IMG/VR virus record: IMGVR_UViG_2595698595_000001
Span: 32,001-96,000 of that record
Length of the DNA stretch: 64,000 nt
Origin: a virus
Lineage: Duplodnaviria > Caudoviricetes
Strand: one strand, 5' to 3'
Made by a program: the position numbers and the translations under genes. Of the stretch, positions 36,439 to 48,200 are shown in pieces (positions within the stretch are counted from its first letter, which is position 1; every line of letters begins with the position of its first letter). The notes below the pieces were generated by a model that had not been told where the DNA came from, did not search any database, and worked only from the letters and a program-made list of their open reading frames with translations.

Positions 36439-39400
36439 ATGGCTACTTCAGGATCATTTACTGGAAATAAGGACGATAGTTCACCTGACATCACGGCTGT
36501 TATGTTAAATGGTTTTACTGGTTTAATGAATACGTTAAAAAAGAATCATGAAACTGTAAATAACATAAGCGAAACGTCTGAAGCTATTCTTTCTGAAATT
36601 TCAAGAGGAAACAAAAATCAAAACTTAGAAGCTAAGATTCTTATAAACGCTGTTGCGAAATCATATGATTTAGTCAAGAAAGAAACTAATCCGATACTTA
36701 ACAACATTGTTGAAGCTATAAAGAATATTAGTCTAAATGATGGTACTGTCGTAACCAATAAAGACGGTATTCAAATTGTTAAATGGGATGAAAAACAATT
36801 TCAAGCATTTCTACTAAATAAAGACGATTTACAGCAAGATGCTTCTAAGCAAATAAATTCTATAGAATCTTTATTCAAAACCGTAATAGGAGGATTATCT
36901 GAATTAAAAGAACAATCGAAAGGATTTTCTATTCGAAACATGTTCTCTTCGATATTCGAACCTTCTTTCGTTAAACAGGCTAAAGATTTTACGAAAGCTT
37001 ACAAAGTGGTTATTAACGGTATATCAGCTTCATTGATAACGTTAGATAAAGATTCTAAGAAAATTGAAAGAGCTGGAAATATTCTAACAAGTACTATCGA
37101 AAAAATAAATTCAGCAATTTCTGATAATCCAAATGCTCCAGCATACTTTAAGAAATTAGCTGGAGGTATAGCTTTACTTGGATTATCTTTAACAGCTTTT
37201 GCGTTAGTATCTCCTGCAGTTTTAGTTGCGGTTGGTGCTTTAACTTTACTAAAAGGTGTAACCTTCGTAATGACTAGAACTACTGCTAAAGACATGCTAA
37301 AAATATCAGCAGCTATAGCTTTATTTGGTTTAGCAATTTGGGGATTAAGTGAAATCGTAACTTTAGAATCTACATTAAAAACAGCTACTGCTATTATACT
37401 TCTCGGATTGGCTATCAAGGGATTTACAATGGCTATTGGTACAGGTCTTGGAAGGAATGGTTTAAGAACATTACTATTAACGACAGTTTCTGTAGCAGCT
37501 TTAGGTTTAGCATTACAAACATATAACGATGTAGAATGGGAATCGATGTTGAAAGCTGCTGGAGCGTTAACTGTTCTAACAGGGGCTATGTATTTGATAT
37601 CTAAAGTACCTAGTGCTAGTGTTGGTAGTTTAGCTTTATTAGCTGGAGCTGCTGCAATTGGAGCTATAGGTCTAGCATTACAGTTAATGCCAAAGAATAC
37701 AGACATTTATTTACCTGTAGGATTGTTCATTGCTGGATTTGGAACAACATTAGCTTTAGCTGGAACTGTTGCACCATTCATTGCAGCAGGTGCTGCGGCG
37801 ATGTTAGTTGGTGGAGCTGCATTATTAGTAATGGGTGGGGCTTTAGCTGTTATAAATGCTGTAAATTACGATAAAGCTAAAATCGATAGTTTTACTGATT
37901 CATTAGTTTATCTGATAAATTCTATCGGTGATCCAATGTTAATCGCTAAAGCTGTATCAGCTTCATTATCATCTGTACCTATGTTAGCTGTAACTTCCAT
38001 GTCAATGGTGATGGCTTTAGAATTAGCTGCGATAGGAGCTTTAGGATATAACAATGATAACGTAGCTCAATTTGGTGTTGGTGTTACTTTGTTAGCTAAC
38101 GTTCTTGGAAATCCTGTATTAATTGCTAAAGCTTTAGGTGCTACTGTATCAAGTGCTGCATTATTGGCTACAACTTCTATGTCATTAGTAATGGCTTTAG
38201 AATTAGCTGCTATCGGTGCTTTAACGTTCAATCAAGATAATATTGCTGTATTCGGTGAAGGTATGAAAATGTTATCAAAAACTTACATCGATTTAGCTAC
38301 AAGTATTGGAATCATCGGAGCAGCGAAATTAACAGGTGGTGTATTACTAGCTACTGAAATGGCTTTAGCAACACCTCCAATAGCTTTCGCTTTAATGTCA
38401 GTTAGTATAATGTCAAGATTAATCAGTAACGAATCTATTGATAGATTTGATTACGGATTAAACAAATTGATAAAAGTATTCGTTGATAACGCTCCAGCTG
38501 TTCTTAAGAATCGTGAATTACCTAAAGCTGTTAGAATGATACGAGACATGTCAGATTCTACAGTTGGTATTTCCAGAGGTATTAGTGAATTTGTTAAGAT
38601 AGCTGACAAACCAGATTTAATCAATACTGCTGTAACAGGTGTTGGGGATTTCGTTGATAGAATGATTACTATCTTATCAGATAAAGGTCAGTTACTAGCT
38701 TCATTACCTAAAGATGCTATGAGAATCCTAGGTCTAGGTAATCTAATGAAAGACATAGCAGACGGAATGGTTTCTATGGGTAAGTTGGAATATTACGAAA
38801 CTAAGTTAGTTGATGGTCAGATAGTTAAGGTTGGACAAGCTAAGAAATTTACAGCTGCAGATTTCCAAGAAGTTGGAAAATCTATCGATCTATTCATATC
38901 AGCTGTATCAGAACCTTTAGCTAAAATAGGTGACCAAGGAGGATTATTCTCTTCGAACAAAACTAAGAAAGGTATTCAAGCTTTATCAGATATAGGTAAC
39001 GTATTCAATCCAATCATAGGAATTGTTCAAGCTTTCAAATTGGGTGAGAAACAGATAACTAACGATGACGCTATAGAAATAACACAAGTTCTTAATACTA
39101 TCATATTTGGTATATCTTCTACGTTTACTAAACTTGAACAAGATGGAACTTTAGAATATTTCAATACTGAATCGGTTATGATGAAAGGATTATCTGACGT
39201 ATTCAAATCGTTAGGAGGTCTTAAAGGTGATGAATTAAATAAAGTTACTAAAGAAATCAATACAGTATTCGATCGTATAGCTGACGACAAACCATTCAAT
39301 AAACTTATAACTAATCTTGGAAAGATTCGTAAAGAAGCTACAATGATTAAGAATGAGGTTAACAAATTCGATTTGACTAAGCTAACAATGTTTAATCAAA

Positions 39401-39729
39401 TGACTAAGAATTTGATGGATGCTTCGAAAACTGGGGAATTGCATCAGTTAGTAAATGCTATACGAATGTTAGTTGATGAAATACGTGAAGTTCGTGCTAC
39501 ACCACCTCCTCAACCTCAACCACAGTTACCACAATCTATTGTTACTAACAATCAGCAAGTTAACGAAGTTGTTAGTAAAGTAACAGGTGCTAAAGTTCAG
39601 GAAAAATCTAAAGTTGAAGTTCTTGAAGAGCAATTAACACAAGCTTTAGAATTGATTAAAACCGAACTTAAAAATCTTAATAGGAAAGTACAAAATCCAA
39701 TGCCTGTTCAAGTCATTAAGGAAATCTAA
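36439..39729 (+). CDS. Tape measure-like protein
   Basis: 1096 aa, long Ala/Gly/Leu-rich hydrophobic repeats, downstream of tube and chaperones. Confidence 0.75.
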   Translation: MATSGSFTGNKDDSSPDITAVMLNGFTGLMNTLKKNHETVNNISETSEAILSEISRGNKNQNLEAKILINAVAKSYDLVKKETNPILNNIVEAIKNISLNDGTVVTNKDGIQIVKWDEKQFQAFLLNKDDLQQDASKQINSIESLFKTVIGGLSELKEQSKGFSIRNMFSSIFEPSFVKQAKDFTKAYKVVINGISASLITLDKDSKKIERAGNILTSTIEKINSAISDNPNAPAYFKKLAGGIALLGLSLTAFALVSPAVLVAVGALTLLKGVTFVMTRTTAKDMLKISAAIALFGLAIWGLSEIVTLESTLKTATAIILLGLAIKGFTMAIGTGLGRNGLRTLLLTTVSVAALGLALQTYNDVEWESMLKAAGALTVLTGAMYLISKVPSASVGSLALLAGAAAIGAIGLALQLMPKNTDIYLPVGLFIAGFGTTLALAGTVAPFIAAGAAAMLVGGAALLVMGGALAVINAVNYDKAKIDSFTDSLVYLINSIGDPMLIAKAVSASLSSVPMLAVTSMSMVMALELAAIGALGYNNDNVAQFGVGVTLLANVLGNPVLIAKALGATVSSAALLATTSMSLVMALELAAIGALTFNQDNIAVFGEGMKMLSKTYIDLATSIGIIGAAKLTGGVLLATEMALATPPIAFALMSVSIMSRLISNESIDRFDYGLNKLIKVFVDNAPAVLKNRELPKAVRMIRDMSDSTVGISRGISEFVKIADKPDLINTAVTGVGDFVDRMITILSDKGQLLASLPKDAMRILGLGNLMKDIADGMVSMGKLEYYETKLVDGQIVKVGQAKKFTAADFQEVGKSIDLFISAVSEPLAKIGDQGGLFSSNKTKKGIQALSDIGNVFNPIIGIVQAFKLGEKQITNDDAIEITQVLNTIIFGISSTFTKLEQDGTLEYFNTESVMMKGLSDVFKSLGGLKGDELNKVTKEINTVFDRIADDKPFNKLITNLGKIRKEATMIKNEVNKFDLTKLTMFNQMTKNLMDASKTGELHQLVNAIRMLVDEIREVRATPPPQPQPQLPQSIVTNNQQVNEVVSKVTGAKVQEKSKVEVLEEQLTQALELIKTELKNLNRKVQNPMPVQVIKEI
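37921..38280 (+). repeat. 60-aa (180-nt) tandem repeat in tape measure gene
   Basis: atggctttagaattagctgc at 38011 and 38191; LIAKA...TSMS.VMALELAAIGAL..N.DN.A.FG twice. Confidence 0.85.
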
Positions 39730-39735
39730 TAAACG

Positions 39736-39776
39736 AAACCAGTTCTTAACGGAACTGGTTTTTTAGTTTATACATA
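39736..39776 (+). terminator. Terminator fused to TATACATA late promoter
   Basis: aaaccagttc-ttaacg-gaactggttt, T run, tatacata at 39769. Confidence 0.78.
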
Positions 39777-39799
39777 TTACCAATAAACATAATAACGAA

Positions 39800-40351
39800 A
39801 TGTCTAGAGAAAGAATTCCATTTGGTGCACAATTAGAAGTAACCGTTGCAGCACCACCAATATACGGTTCACAGGTTGCAAATATGTCAGAACTTACAAC
39901 AATAGCAGCTAAGAATGCATATTTACATAAAGTTGTTTGGGTTATATCTGAGAAAGGTTATTACTATTTATCGGCAGGTAATGGTACTAATTTGAATCAA
40001 TGGTTACCTGTAAGTATCGGAGGTATTCTAGAATATCAAAACAAAGTATATCAAAAAGGTGAAGGTGTAATTCAAAACAGTAAAGTCTACATAGCTTTAG
40101 ACAACATTGGATTAGGTGAAGACCCTGTAAACGCTCCGACTAAATGGTTATCTATTTCAGATGTTAGGTTCAATAAACAAAGTTTTACTAACGTTACTGA
40201 AGTAACTGTTACGACACCTTACGATAATCCTTCTGTTCATGTATATGATGAAAACGATAATGAAGTTTCAGCTTTCGTTAATGTATCAAATGGTATCGTT
40301 AAATTAGATTTGTTTCCTGCTCTAACAGGTTACGTTATTGTTAAAGAATAA
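39800..40351 (+). CDS. Virion structural/fibre-associated protein
   Basis: Late promoter; VVWVISEKGYYYL, YQKGEGV..NSKVY.A...P.N.P.KW module. Confidence 0.6.
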   Translation: MSRERIPFGAQLEVTVAAPPIYGSQVANMSELTTIAAKNAYLHKVVWVISEKGYYYLSAGNGTNLNQWLPVSIGGILEYQNKVYQKGEGVIQNSKVYIALDNIGLGEDPVNAPTKWLSISDVRFNKQSFTNVTEVTVTTPYDNPSVHVYDENDNEVSAFVNVSNGIVKLDLFPALTGYVIVKE

Positions 40352-40354
40352 AAA

Positions 40355-43300
40355 ATGGCTCAGAAAATCAAATCAATATATCACGGTTTAGATTTACTTA
40401 AGAATGAATTGAAGAACGCTTTAGTAAAAGCTGAAGCTTCTGACCCTCATGAAATAGTAAACCTAGAACTATTAGAAAAAGCATTCTTATATGATACAGT
40501 TAAGGCTATATCAATAAAGAATGTATATTCTACAGTAGGAGGATTGACAGCTGGAACTGACGTTTCTAATAAGAACTTGAAAGAAATATTCGATTTGATA
40601 TTTTTCAATCCTAGTTCAGCTGATTACGTTTATCCTCTTATAGCTAACGGTAAGGTTACAGTTTCTAATAATAATTCAGTAGTTTCTGAAAATACATTAG
40701 GTTCTCCGATAGTTATCGAAGAATTCCTAGATTACGAAGGTGATGTAAAAGTAAAAGTTGAATTCGATTACTTACAGAATGACGGTGGTGATTTATCAAG
40801 TATCTTACTTAACGGTAATGACTTTTTAAATGATGCTATCGTTACAGGTAATAAGTATACTGTAGAAATTCCTATTAAATCTATTATTGGAAACGTAAAC
40901 AATAAAGCTGTATCATTAAGTATCGGATATGATGAAGGTCCTCAGAAAAATGACGAATCTGGTCAACCTTCTGGTACACCGATTCCATCCGGTTCTATAG
41001 TTTTCTATAGTATCGTTACATTCAATAATCTTAGTTATCCAGCGTTCTACAAAGTTTTAGAACTAAACGAATTCATAGAAGCTACATTTAATTATCAAAC
41101 AGATGGAACTTTCATAAATGGTGATAATTACGCATCAGTTCCTTCTGATAAAGTTTTAGTTATTGGTATTCCAGTTCAAGGTAATTACGCTGATAAGATT
41201 GTACTTAAAGACAATTCCAATTTTACGAATAAAACGATAAGACGTGAAATAGGAATATCAAGTTCTAATACTACCGGAATTCAGTATAAACTGTATTACT
41301 ATTTCTCTAACGAAAGTGGTAACGATTTTACTATTGGATTAGGTCCAGATTTATCTGAATTAGCATTAGACGATTCTTATGGATGGATAGGTGTTCAAGA
41401 ATCTTTAATATGTTTGAATCAAGGTGTAGACAATTCAGCAAGATATTCTCAAGCTGAATTAACATTTGGTTCTAAACTTTCTGGTTATATTTTACAGAAT
41501 ACAACGCAAGTTCCAAATACAACATCAGCTTCATGTTTAATAGGAAGTTCTGATATCGTAATTAAACTAGCCGATTTATCAACTAACAGATTTACAACAT
41601 TAAACGATTTATATCTTAACGTTAGGGACAATGTTGACGCTAGTAATCAAATAGGTCTTGGAACAGAACAAGTAATTCTGAATGGTGATAAAGTTGAAGA
41701 TCAGAATGGAAACGAATTCACTAATAAGGGATTCTCAGTATTTCAAACTGTAAATGGATATTCTGTATTAGAAATAAAATCTGACAATACTTACGACTTT
41801 CATAGATTTCCTGGAAAATCTAATCTAGTTTATGAATGGAAAGTTGTTCCATCATCAGGTACATGTCAAGTTCTTTTCGGACAAGCTACAGGTAGATTCT
41901 TGTATCAAACTCTTGAATTGTACATTGACAACATAGCTCAAGGTGAATTCAAAGACAATTTAGCATCTGATCAAGATTATGTTGAACCTTTGTATACTGC
42001 ACAATGTTTGAATATTATTCAGAATCTTGGTAAAGGTTTAGAAGATACTAATAGAAAATATACTGACAAGAATTCATGTGATTTTTCTTTATCTGATGAT
42101 ATAGCAGCTATTGGTACTGTTCCAGATGTGGATTATTATGTTTCTGGAAACAACTCATTATGCTATCAATTAGTAAACGGTGTTTATAGTTTAGCTGGAA
42201 AGGCTAATACTATTTACATAATGGTTAAGATTTCTGGAATCTATTACAAGATACTTCAAATCAATCCAGATTCATCTTGGCAGTATCATTACTATACTGA
42301 TAATTCTATAGCTTTAGTTCCAACATCTTGGGTAGGTGATGTAAGTACTGGTGTTTGTGTAATTGGTGCTAATGGTCAACCTACTGGTTATTTGAATTTT
42401 ACTGAAATCTATCTAGTATATTCCGACACAACTTTTGGTACTGAATTACCCAGTTCTAGAAAGAATAATGGTCAGGATGGTGATACTGTACCTGACGTAT
42501 TATCCGATTTATGTAAGAACAATTTACAAGACGTTGAAGATATTACCTATAACGATTTAATCGCTAAGATAAACAATTCGATTCTAGCTAGAAATAAACG
42601 TTACAGAATAATCGATTACAAAACTGTTAGTGATTGGAGTGACGGTGTTACCAGTTTAACTTTGGAATCTGATCAGATAGAACCGTTAATAGTTTTAGCT
42701 ACTTCAGTTAATACTTTAGCTCCTATTGCATATTCTGAATCATTCCCTGATGATGTAATTTACTATAATGTTTCTAATGATAGTTCTTCGTCATTGTATT
42801 ATGGCTGTACTACAGGTCATATAACTAAACGAATCGATACTATAAATAACAGTGAGTATGATTTTGATTTCAGAAATATGAAAACTGGGGTATATATGGA
42901 CGTTAATGGGGAATATCCTAATGTAATAAGTTTAGATACTTTACATAAGATAAGTAACAGTAAGATATCGTTAGCTATATCAGACTATGGGCATTTTTCA
43001 AGTAGTGGTGCTCAATGCTGTTTCATTGACTGTGTTATTGATTATAGTGAAGTAAATCTTCAAGGTGTTCCTACTATATTCGATTCAGTGGATAATATCG
43101 TTCCTACTATACGTGACAGTAAATTAACAGTATTCAGAGATATTAAACTAATGAATACTTATGTAAATGGTAAACCTACTGAAATAATTTCAGACAAACG
43201 TTTCCCATTATCATTATATGCTTGTGATATATACGCCGAAAATCTGTTTTTAGGTTATAATGCTAATTTATCTATAACTAGATTGATAGGATGGGTAGCA

Positions 43301-43501
43301 AAATCTTTATATTTATGGAGAACTCCTATAGATGCCCCGTTTTTCAAGAACGAGAATATACAAAACGCTTTTGTAACTATGTCTAAAGGAAATTCTACTA
43401 TAGAACCTGAACCATTTTCTTATACTTATACAGCTTGTATAGCTTCATACGCTAAAGCTAATAACGAAGGAGTAATTTTCAATACCGAAACAATACTTTA
43501 A
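40355..43501 (+). CDS. Large fibre/structural protein with Cys-containing internal repeats
   Basis: 1048 aa, beta-rich; repeats W....STG.C....GQ.TG. Confidence 0.6.
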   Translation: MAQKIKSIYHGLDLLKNELKNALVKAEASDPHEIVNLELLEKAFLYDTVKAISIKNVYSTVGGLTAGTDVSNKNLKEIFDLIFFNPSSADYVYPLIANGKVTVSNNNSVVSENTLGSPIVIEEFLDYEGDVKVKVEFDYLQNDGGDLSSILLNGNDFLNDAIVTGNKYTVEIPIKSIIGNVNNKAVSLSIGYDEGPQKNDESGQPSGTPIPSGSIVFYSIVTFNNLSYPAFYKVLELNEFIEATFNYQTDGTFINGDNYASVPSDKVLVIGIPVQGNYADKIVLKDNSNFTNKTIRREIGISSSNTTGIQYKLYYYFSNESGNDFTIGLGPDLSELALDDSYGWIGVQESLICLNQGVDNSARYSQAELTFGSKLSGYILQNTTQVPNTTSASCLIGSSDIVIKLADLSTNRFTTLNDLYLNVRDNVDASNQIGLGTEQVILNGDKVEDQNGNEFTNKGFSVFQTVNGYSVLEIKSDNTYDFHRFPGKSNLVYEWKVVPSSGTCQVLFGQATGRFLYQTLELYIDNIAQGEFKDNLASDQDYVEPLYTAQCLNIIQNLGKGLEDTNRKYTDKNSCDFSLSDDIAAIGTVPDVDYYVSGNNSLCYQLVNGVYSLAGKANTIYIMVKISGIYYKILQINPDSSWQYHYYTDNSIALVPTSWVGDVSTGVCVIGANGQPTGYLNFTEIYLVYSDTTFGTELPSSRKNNGQDGDTVPDVLSDLCKNNLQDVEDITYNDLIAKINNSILARNKRYRIIDYKTVSDWSDGVTSLTLESDQIEPLIVLATSVNTLAPIAYSESFPDDVIYYNVSNDSSSSLYYGCTTGHITKRIDTINNSEYDFDFRNMKTGVYMDVNGEYPNVISLDTLHKISNSKISLAISDYGHFSSSGAQCCFIDCVIDYSEVNLQGVPTIFDSVDNIVPTIRDSKLTVFRDIKLMNTYVNGKPTEIISDKRFPLSLYACDIYAENLFLGYNANLSITRLIGWVAKSLYLWRTPIDAPFFKNENIQNAFVTMSKGNSTIEPEPFSYTYTACIASYAKANNEGVIFNTETIL

Positions 43502-43896
43502 TGAAAGAACAAAAATACATGATAGTACAAACGGTATCAGACTTAAGTCTGATACCGTTTCATAAACGTTTCAAAGGTCTTCTAGTTTACGTTATTGACG
43601 ATAAACGTTTTTACGTTATCAAATCTAAAATAGAAGATTTCGAACCTTTTAACGCTAATAAGCAAGTTGTAGTTTCTGCTAAAGATTTCATAAATCTTAC
43701 AGTATATCATAACTTGAATGCTAGAAATATCCAAGTGCATACAATATCTGACAAAGGTGTTTCTATGGATATTTACTGGAAACTTGGTACAAGCTTCGAT
43801 ATAAATAATACAGCTAATATCGAAAATGCCATAACTCTTATGTCTGGATATCCAATAAAGGAGCTTATACATATTATAATTTTAGAACTTAACTGA
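43501..43896 (+). CDS. Structural protein resembling 39800-40351
   Basis: GLLVYVIDDKRFYVI and VYHNLN..NIQV motifs. Confidence 0.55.
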   Translation: MKEQKYMIVQTVSDLSLIPFHKRFKGLLVYVIDDKRFYVIKSKIEDFEPFNANKQVVVSAKDFINLTVYHNLNARNIQVHTISDKGVSMDIYWKLGTSFDINNTANIENAITLMSGYPIKELIHIIILELN

Positions 43897-43907
43897 TACA
43901 TCTACTT

Positions 43908-44525
43908 ATGGAAATAGATTTTGTCTCATCAAGTGTCACTCTTGGGGCAGTGGCTACATTTATATGGACTCAACGTTCGAAGATTCTTGCTGCAATATCA
44001 AGAGTTCTTGACATTCAGATGACAAAGTCTTTAGAAAAGAATTCAGAAATACTTACAGAAGTCTACGAATATATGAACGAAATACTTGTTGACACTTCAT
44101 CGAAAGTAACTAATGTTGCTATCGTAAAGTATCATAACGGTATGGATAAACTTACCATACATTCAAATATTCATAAAACTATGATACATGAATTATGTAG
44201 TAAGTCTGATGGTGCTTTAAAGGACATTATTCAAGATATTTCAGTAGATTCAAAAACGTTGGAATCTTTATTGAAACTTATATCGAATAACAATAAAGAG
44301 GAAGGAAAGGTTACTTTAGTCGATACTGATGATTTTGGATTATGTCAAAGAATCTATTCAGGAAAAGGTATTAAACGATACTATTCTTATTGTATATATC
44401 GTTCAACTGCTTACTATTTAGTTGTTCATATTTACACAGATTCTGACGAACATATCGAAATGGACGACTTGACAAATATGCAAGTCAATTCTATGAAGAT
44501 AGGTAAGTTATTAACGAAAAGATAA
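43908..44525 (+). CDS. Holin-like protein (single N-terminal TM plus soluble domain)
   Basis: TM SSVTLGAVATFIW, KYHNG...HE motif, GAF-like layout as in T4 holin T; TATACATA at 43866. Confidence 0.45.
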   Translation: MEIDFVSSSVTLGAVATFIWTQRSKILAAISRVLDIQMTKSLEKNSEILTEVYEYMNEILVDTSSKVTNVAIVKYHNGMDKLTIHSNIHKTMIHELCSKSDGALKDIIQDISVDSKTLESLLKLISNNNKEEGKVTLVDTDDFGLCQRIYSGKGIKRYYSYCIYRSTAYYLVVHIYTDSDEHIEMDDLTNMQVNSMKIGKLLTKR

Positions 44526-44543
44526 AAACAATAAACCTAGATT

Positions 44544-44588
44544 ACAAAAGGTCGTATGATATCATACGACCTTTTGTTGTTATACATA
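44544..44588 (+). terminator. Perfect 34-bp palindrome followed by TATACATA
   Basis: acaaaaggtcgtatgat|atcatacgaccttttgt; tatacata at 44581. Confidence 0.8.
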
Positions 44589-44613
44589 TACTGAATACTA
44601 TAATAGACAAAAC

Positions 44614-45207
44614 ATGAAAACGAATCAATATGTTACTGTAATTAACGCAAATATAGCTGAAAATGCTGGGGAGCAATCTTCACAGAGTACTGAATTGATT
44701 GAAACTGCTCAATTCGCTGGAGCTCAATGGTATAACGCACAGGTTCCAAATAATTCATTAGGTAAAAATGGAGATTATCTTATAATCACTGAAGCTATTG
44801 ATGGAACAGGATATACAAATGGAGATTTATATCGTAAAGAAAATGGAATATGGTTCTTTCAAAACTTCAACATATCTGGAGCTAAATTAACGACCTTCAA
44901 GGATATCAAAAACATATCAGCTAACGCTTATACATTATTAGAATCTGACTGGAATCCTATATTACAGTTTACGTCTAATAATTTACAAGATACTGTTGTA
45001 ACTATTCCTTTAGGATTACCTGCTAATATTCGTTTCGAAATTAGACGAATGGGTGCTTCTAAGGTTACATTAGTTGGTGCTTCAGGTGTAACATTGAGAT
45101 ATCCTCCTGAAGAATTACCAAACTTAGATAAGATTTACACGACAGCTGCTATAGAATGGACTAGCAATAATCAGTACATAGTTTACGGACACTTAGAAGT
45201 ATTATAA
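44614..45207 (+). CDS. Fibre adaptor-like structural protein
   Basis: P.NSLGKNGDY..NGDLY.K and YTL..SD...VTIP...G...VTL...GVTL...W/Y.VYG.L motifs common in phage fibre proteins. Confidence 0.55.
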   Translation: MKTNQYVTVINANIAENAGEQSSQSTELIETAQFAGAQWYNAQVPNNSLGKNGDYLIITEAIDGTGYTNGDLYRKENGIWFFQNFNISGAKLTTFKDIKNISANAYTLLESDWNPILQFTSNNLQDTVVTIPLGLPANIRFEIRRMGASKVTLVGASGVTLRYPPEELPNLDKIYTTAAIEWTSNNQYIVYGHLEVL

Positions 45208-45210
45208 GAA

Positions 45211-48200
45211 ATGATTTCAAGAACAATTAAAGCATCAATTGACAGGAAGCAACCGACTCCACATATTTTCAAGATAGATACTAGATTACATACATCAGGT
45301 GTGACAAATAATAGTTTTGTTTTACCTACTTCTATAACTAGTATAGTACCTGATTCTTTTACAGTAGACTGGGGGGATGGAACACCTAAAGAAAAAATAA
45401 AAGCCACTTCTACCACATTGTCATACGTTTCTCATGATTATTCAGAACCGGGTGAATATATTATTGAAATTCAAGGTGTCGTTACAAGATGGAATCATAC
45501 CCCAACAGCCGATCCGAATTTCAATGATTATAAAAGATGTGTTGTTGAAGTATTGCAATTTGGTGAAACTCTCACAAGGAGAAGTAACAACAACCCTTCA
45601 AATTTTGGAATAACATTCAATGGATATAGTAATTGTACGTTTGAGAATGTAACGGATGTACCTAAAATAAACGATCCGTTATATCCATGGAGTTTAGCAT
45701 ATTTCTTTCAGGGGTGTACCAAACTTACATTCGTAAATAACTTAGAATTGTGGAATACATCATTGGTTTTATCCATGGAGGGAATGTTCAACGGGTGTGT
45801 ATTATTCAACCAATCATTGATTTCTTTTGATGTATCTAAAGTCATGATCATGGCTTATATGTTCGCTAATTGTAAGGTATTCAATCAGAATTTAAATTCT
45901 TGGAATGTAAGTAATGTAACCACTATGCAATCTATGTTTGTAGGGTGTAGTGTTTATAACCAACCAATGAATTATTGGGATGTGGGTAAGGTGAATAATT
46001 TCAATTCGATGTTCTCAAGGTGTGTAGTATTCAATCAAGACCTAAGTACATGGAACGTATCTCAAGCAACTAACACCACAAGCATGTTTGCCGCTTGTAA
46101 TAAATTTAATTCTGATGTTAGTAATTGGAATGTCAGTAAAATGACATCAGCTAACAATATGTTTCAGGAATGCTTCGACTTCAATTCCGATGTGAGTAAC
46201 TGGGATGTTTCCAAAGTCGTTAATTTCTCATCGATGTTCATGCGGTGTAGTTCGTTCAATCGTAATCTATCAAGTTGGTCTATGGTTTCAGCAACCAATA
46301 CTTCCAATATGTTGATAGGTTGTTCAGTATTTAATTCACCAGTACCGACTGCATATTCTGATAAACTTCTGAACGTTGCGGGTATGTTCAAAAGTTGTTT
46401 GGTATTCAATCAACCAGTTAGTTTCAATAATGCAATAAACATTAATAGTGCTGATGCTATATTTGAGTTATGTGGTGAATTTAATAGTACTGTGAACATA
46501 CCTTCTGATAAAGTTACAGCATACGGGGCAGCTTTCGCTAGTTGTAGAAAGTTTAACCAACCATTAACTGGTATTAATACTACTTCAACTACTCACGCTT
46601 CTAGAATGTTTGCTAACTGTGATGTTCTTAATCAGTCTATTAGTCATTTCAATTTGAACAAATTGATATTATCTAGCAGTATGTTCTATGGTTGTTTGAA
46701 ATTTAATCAATCATTTGCTGGAAAAATGACTTCAGGTACTGTTACTAACACTAACAATATGTTCGCTAACTGTCAAGAATTTACTGGTACTGGTGTTGAA
46801 TCCTTTAACATGAGTAACGTTACTAATACTAATGGTATGTTCTTACAATGTTATGTTTTCGACGGTAACGTAAGTGGATGGAATGTTGGTAAGGTCATTG
46901 ACATGCAAGGTATGTTCCAAGACTGTTTCGTATTTGATAGAAGTCTTAGAACATGGAATGTTAGTTCTGTACAATATATTACAAAAATGTTACATAGCTG
47001 TGCTAAATTTGACAACTGGTTACCAAGTGGATTTACTAGTTTGTTAAGTATGAACAGAGAATATCCTTTGAACAAAACTTCTTATAGTGGTGATCCTATC
47101 AATATAGTTACACAGAATCCGTTATTCAATGATGAATTCATTAAGGACATGCTTGATAATTCCAAACTGAATAACAAGACTATTAATATGTTTGGTAATC
47201 AGGTAACAGAAATAGGCGAAGCCACAATAACATCAATGAATTCTAGTGGTTGGAATGTATATAACTATACTGTTCAACAGCCTATGAAACTACGTGTAAA
47301 TGCACACACTGACGGTAAATTCGCTCTTCCAATATTATGGATGAGACGTTCTGATATACAAGTAATCATTAACATTGATACTCAGGACTTTGACTCATTC
47401 TTACCAGAAAAACAAACATTCAAGTGGATAGCACCAAATAAAAACATAGTTTCACCGACAGTAAACATAAAAAATAGTGACCCACTTGCTGATGAAATGG
47501 CATTAGGTACAGGTGTTACTGATGAGGTGATCCATGTGTACGGTAAACTTTCCACATTTGGTGAATATTCAATGTATTCAGGTACTATGAATCAAAAAGG
47601 TAAGTTGATACAATATATTGATGACTGGGGTGAGATGTTAAGATTCGGTAACGTTTCAATGTATGGGATGATCAATTTAAAAGCAATACCTGCATTCAAA
47701 CCAAATACTAGGGTTTGGAATTGTAAGTATATGTTCTCTGAAATCAAATTCAATTTTGATGTCAGTGGATTAGATACTTCATTATCTAAAAACATGTCGA
47801 ATATGTTTAGAGATTGTTGGGCTTTTAATAACCCGGTGAATTTCAACACTAGTAATGTAACTGATATGTCTAACATGTTCCTTAGAAGTTCAGTATTCAA
47901 TCAATCTGTTAATTTCGATACAAGTAATGTTACTAGTATGTTGAATATGTTCTATGGAAGTACTGCCTTTAACAAACCAGTAAATTTCAACACTAGTAAT
48001 GTAACTGACATGTATCAAATGTTTTATGACTGTTCATCATTTAATAGTTCTATTACTTTTTCTGATACTAGTAAAGTAACTAATATGTCAAGCATGTTCA
48101 GAAATTGCACTGTTTTTAATCAACTAGTAAATTTCAACACTGTTAATGTAACAAATATGTCCACTATGTTTGGTAGTTGTGTCATATTCGATCAGTCAAT

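Noticed and set aside
36999-37706. 235-aa minus-strand ORF within tape measure gene
   Set aside because: Antisense shadow of Ala/Gly/Leu-rich GCT/GGT codons; no promoter or motif
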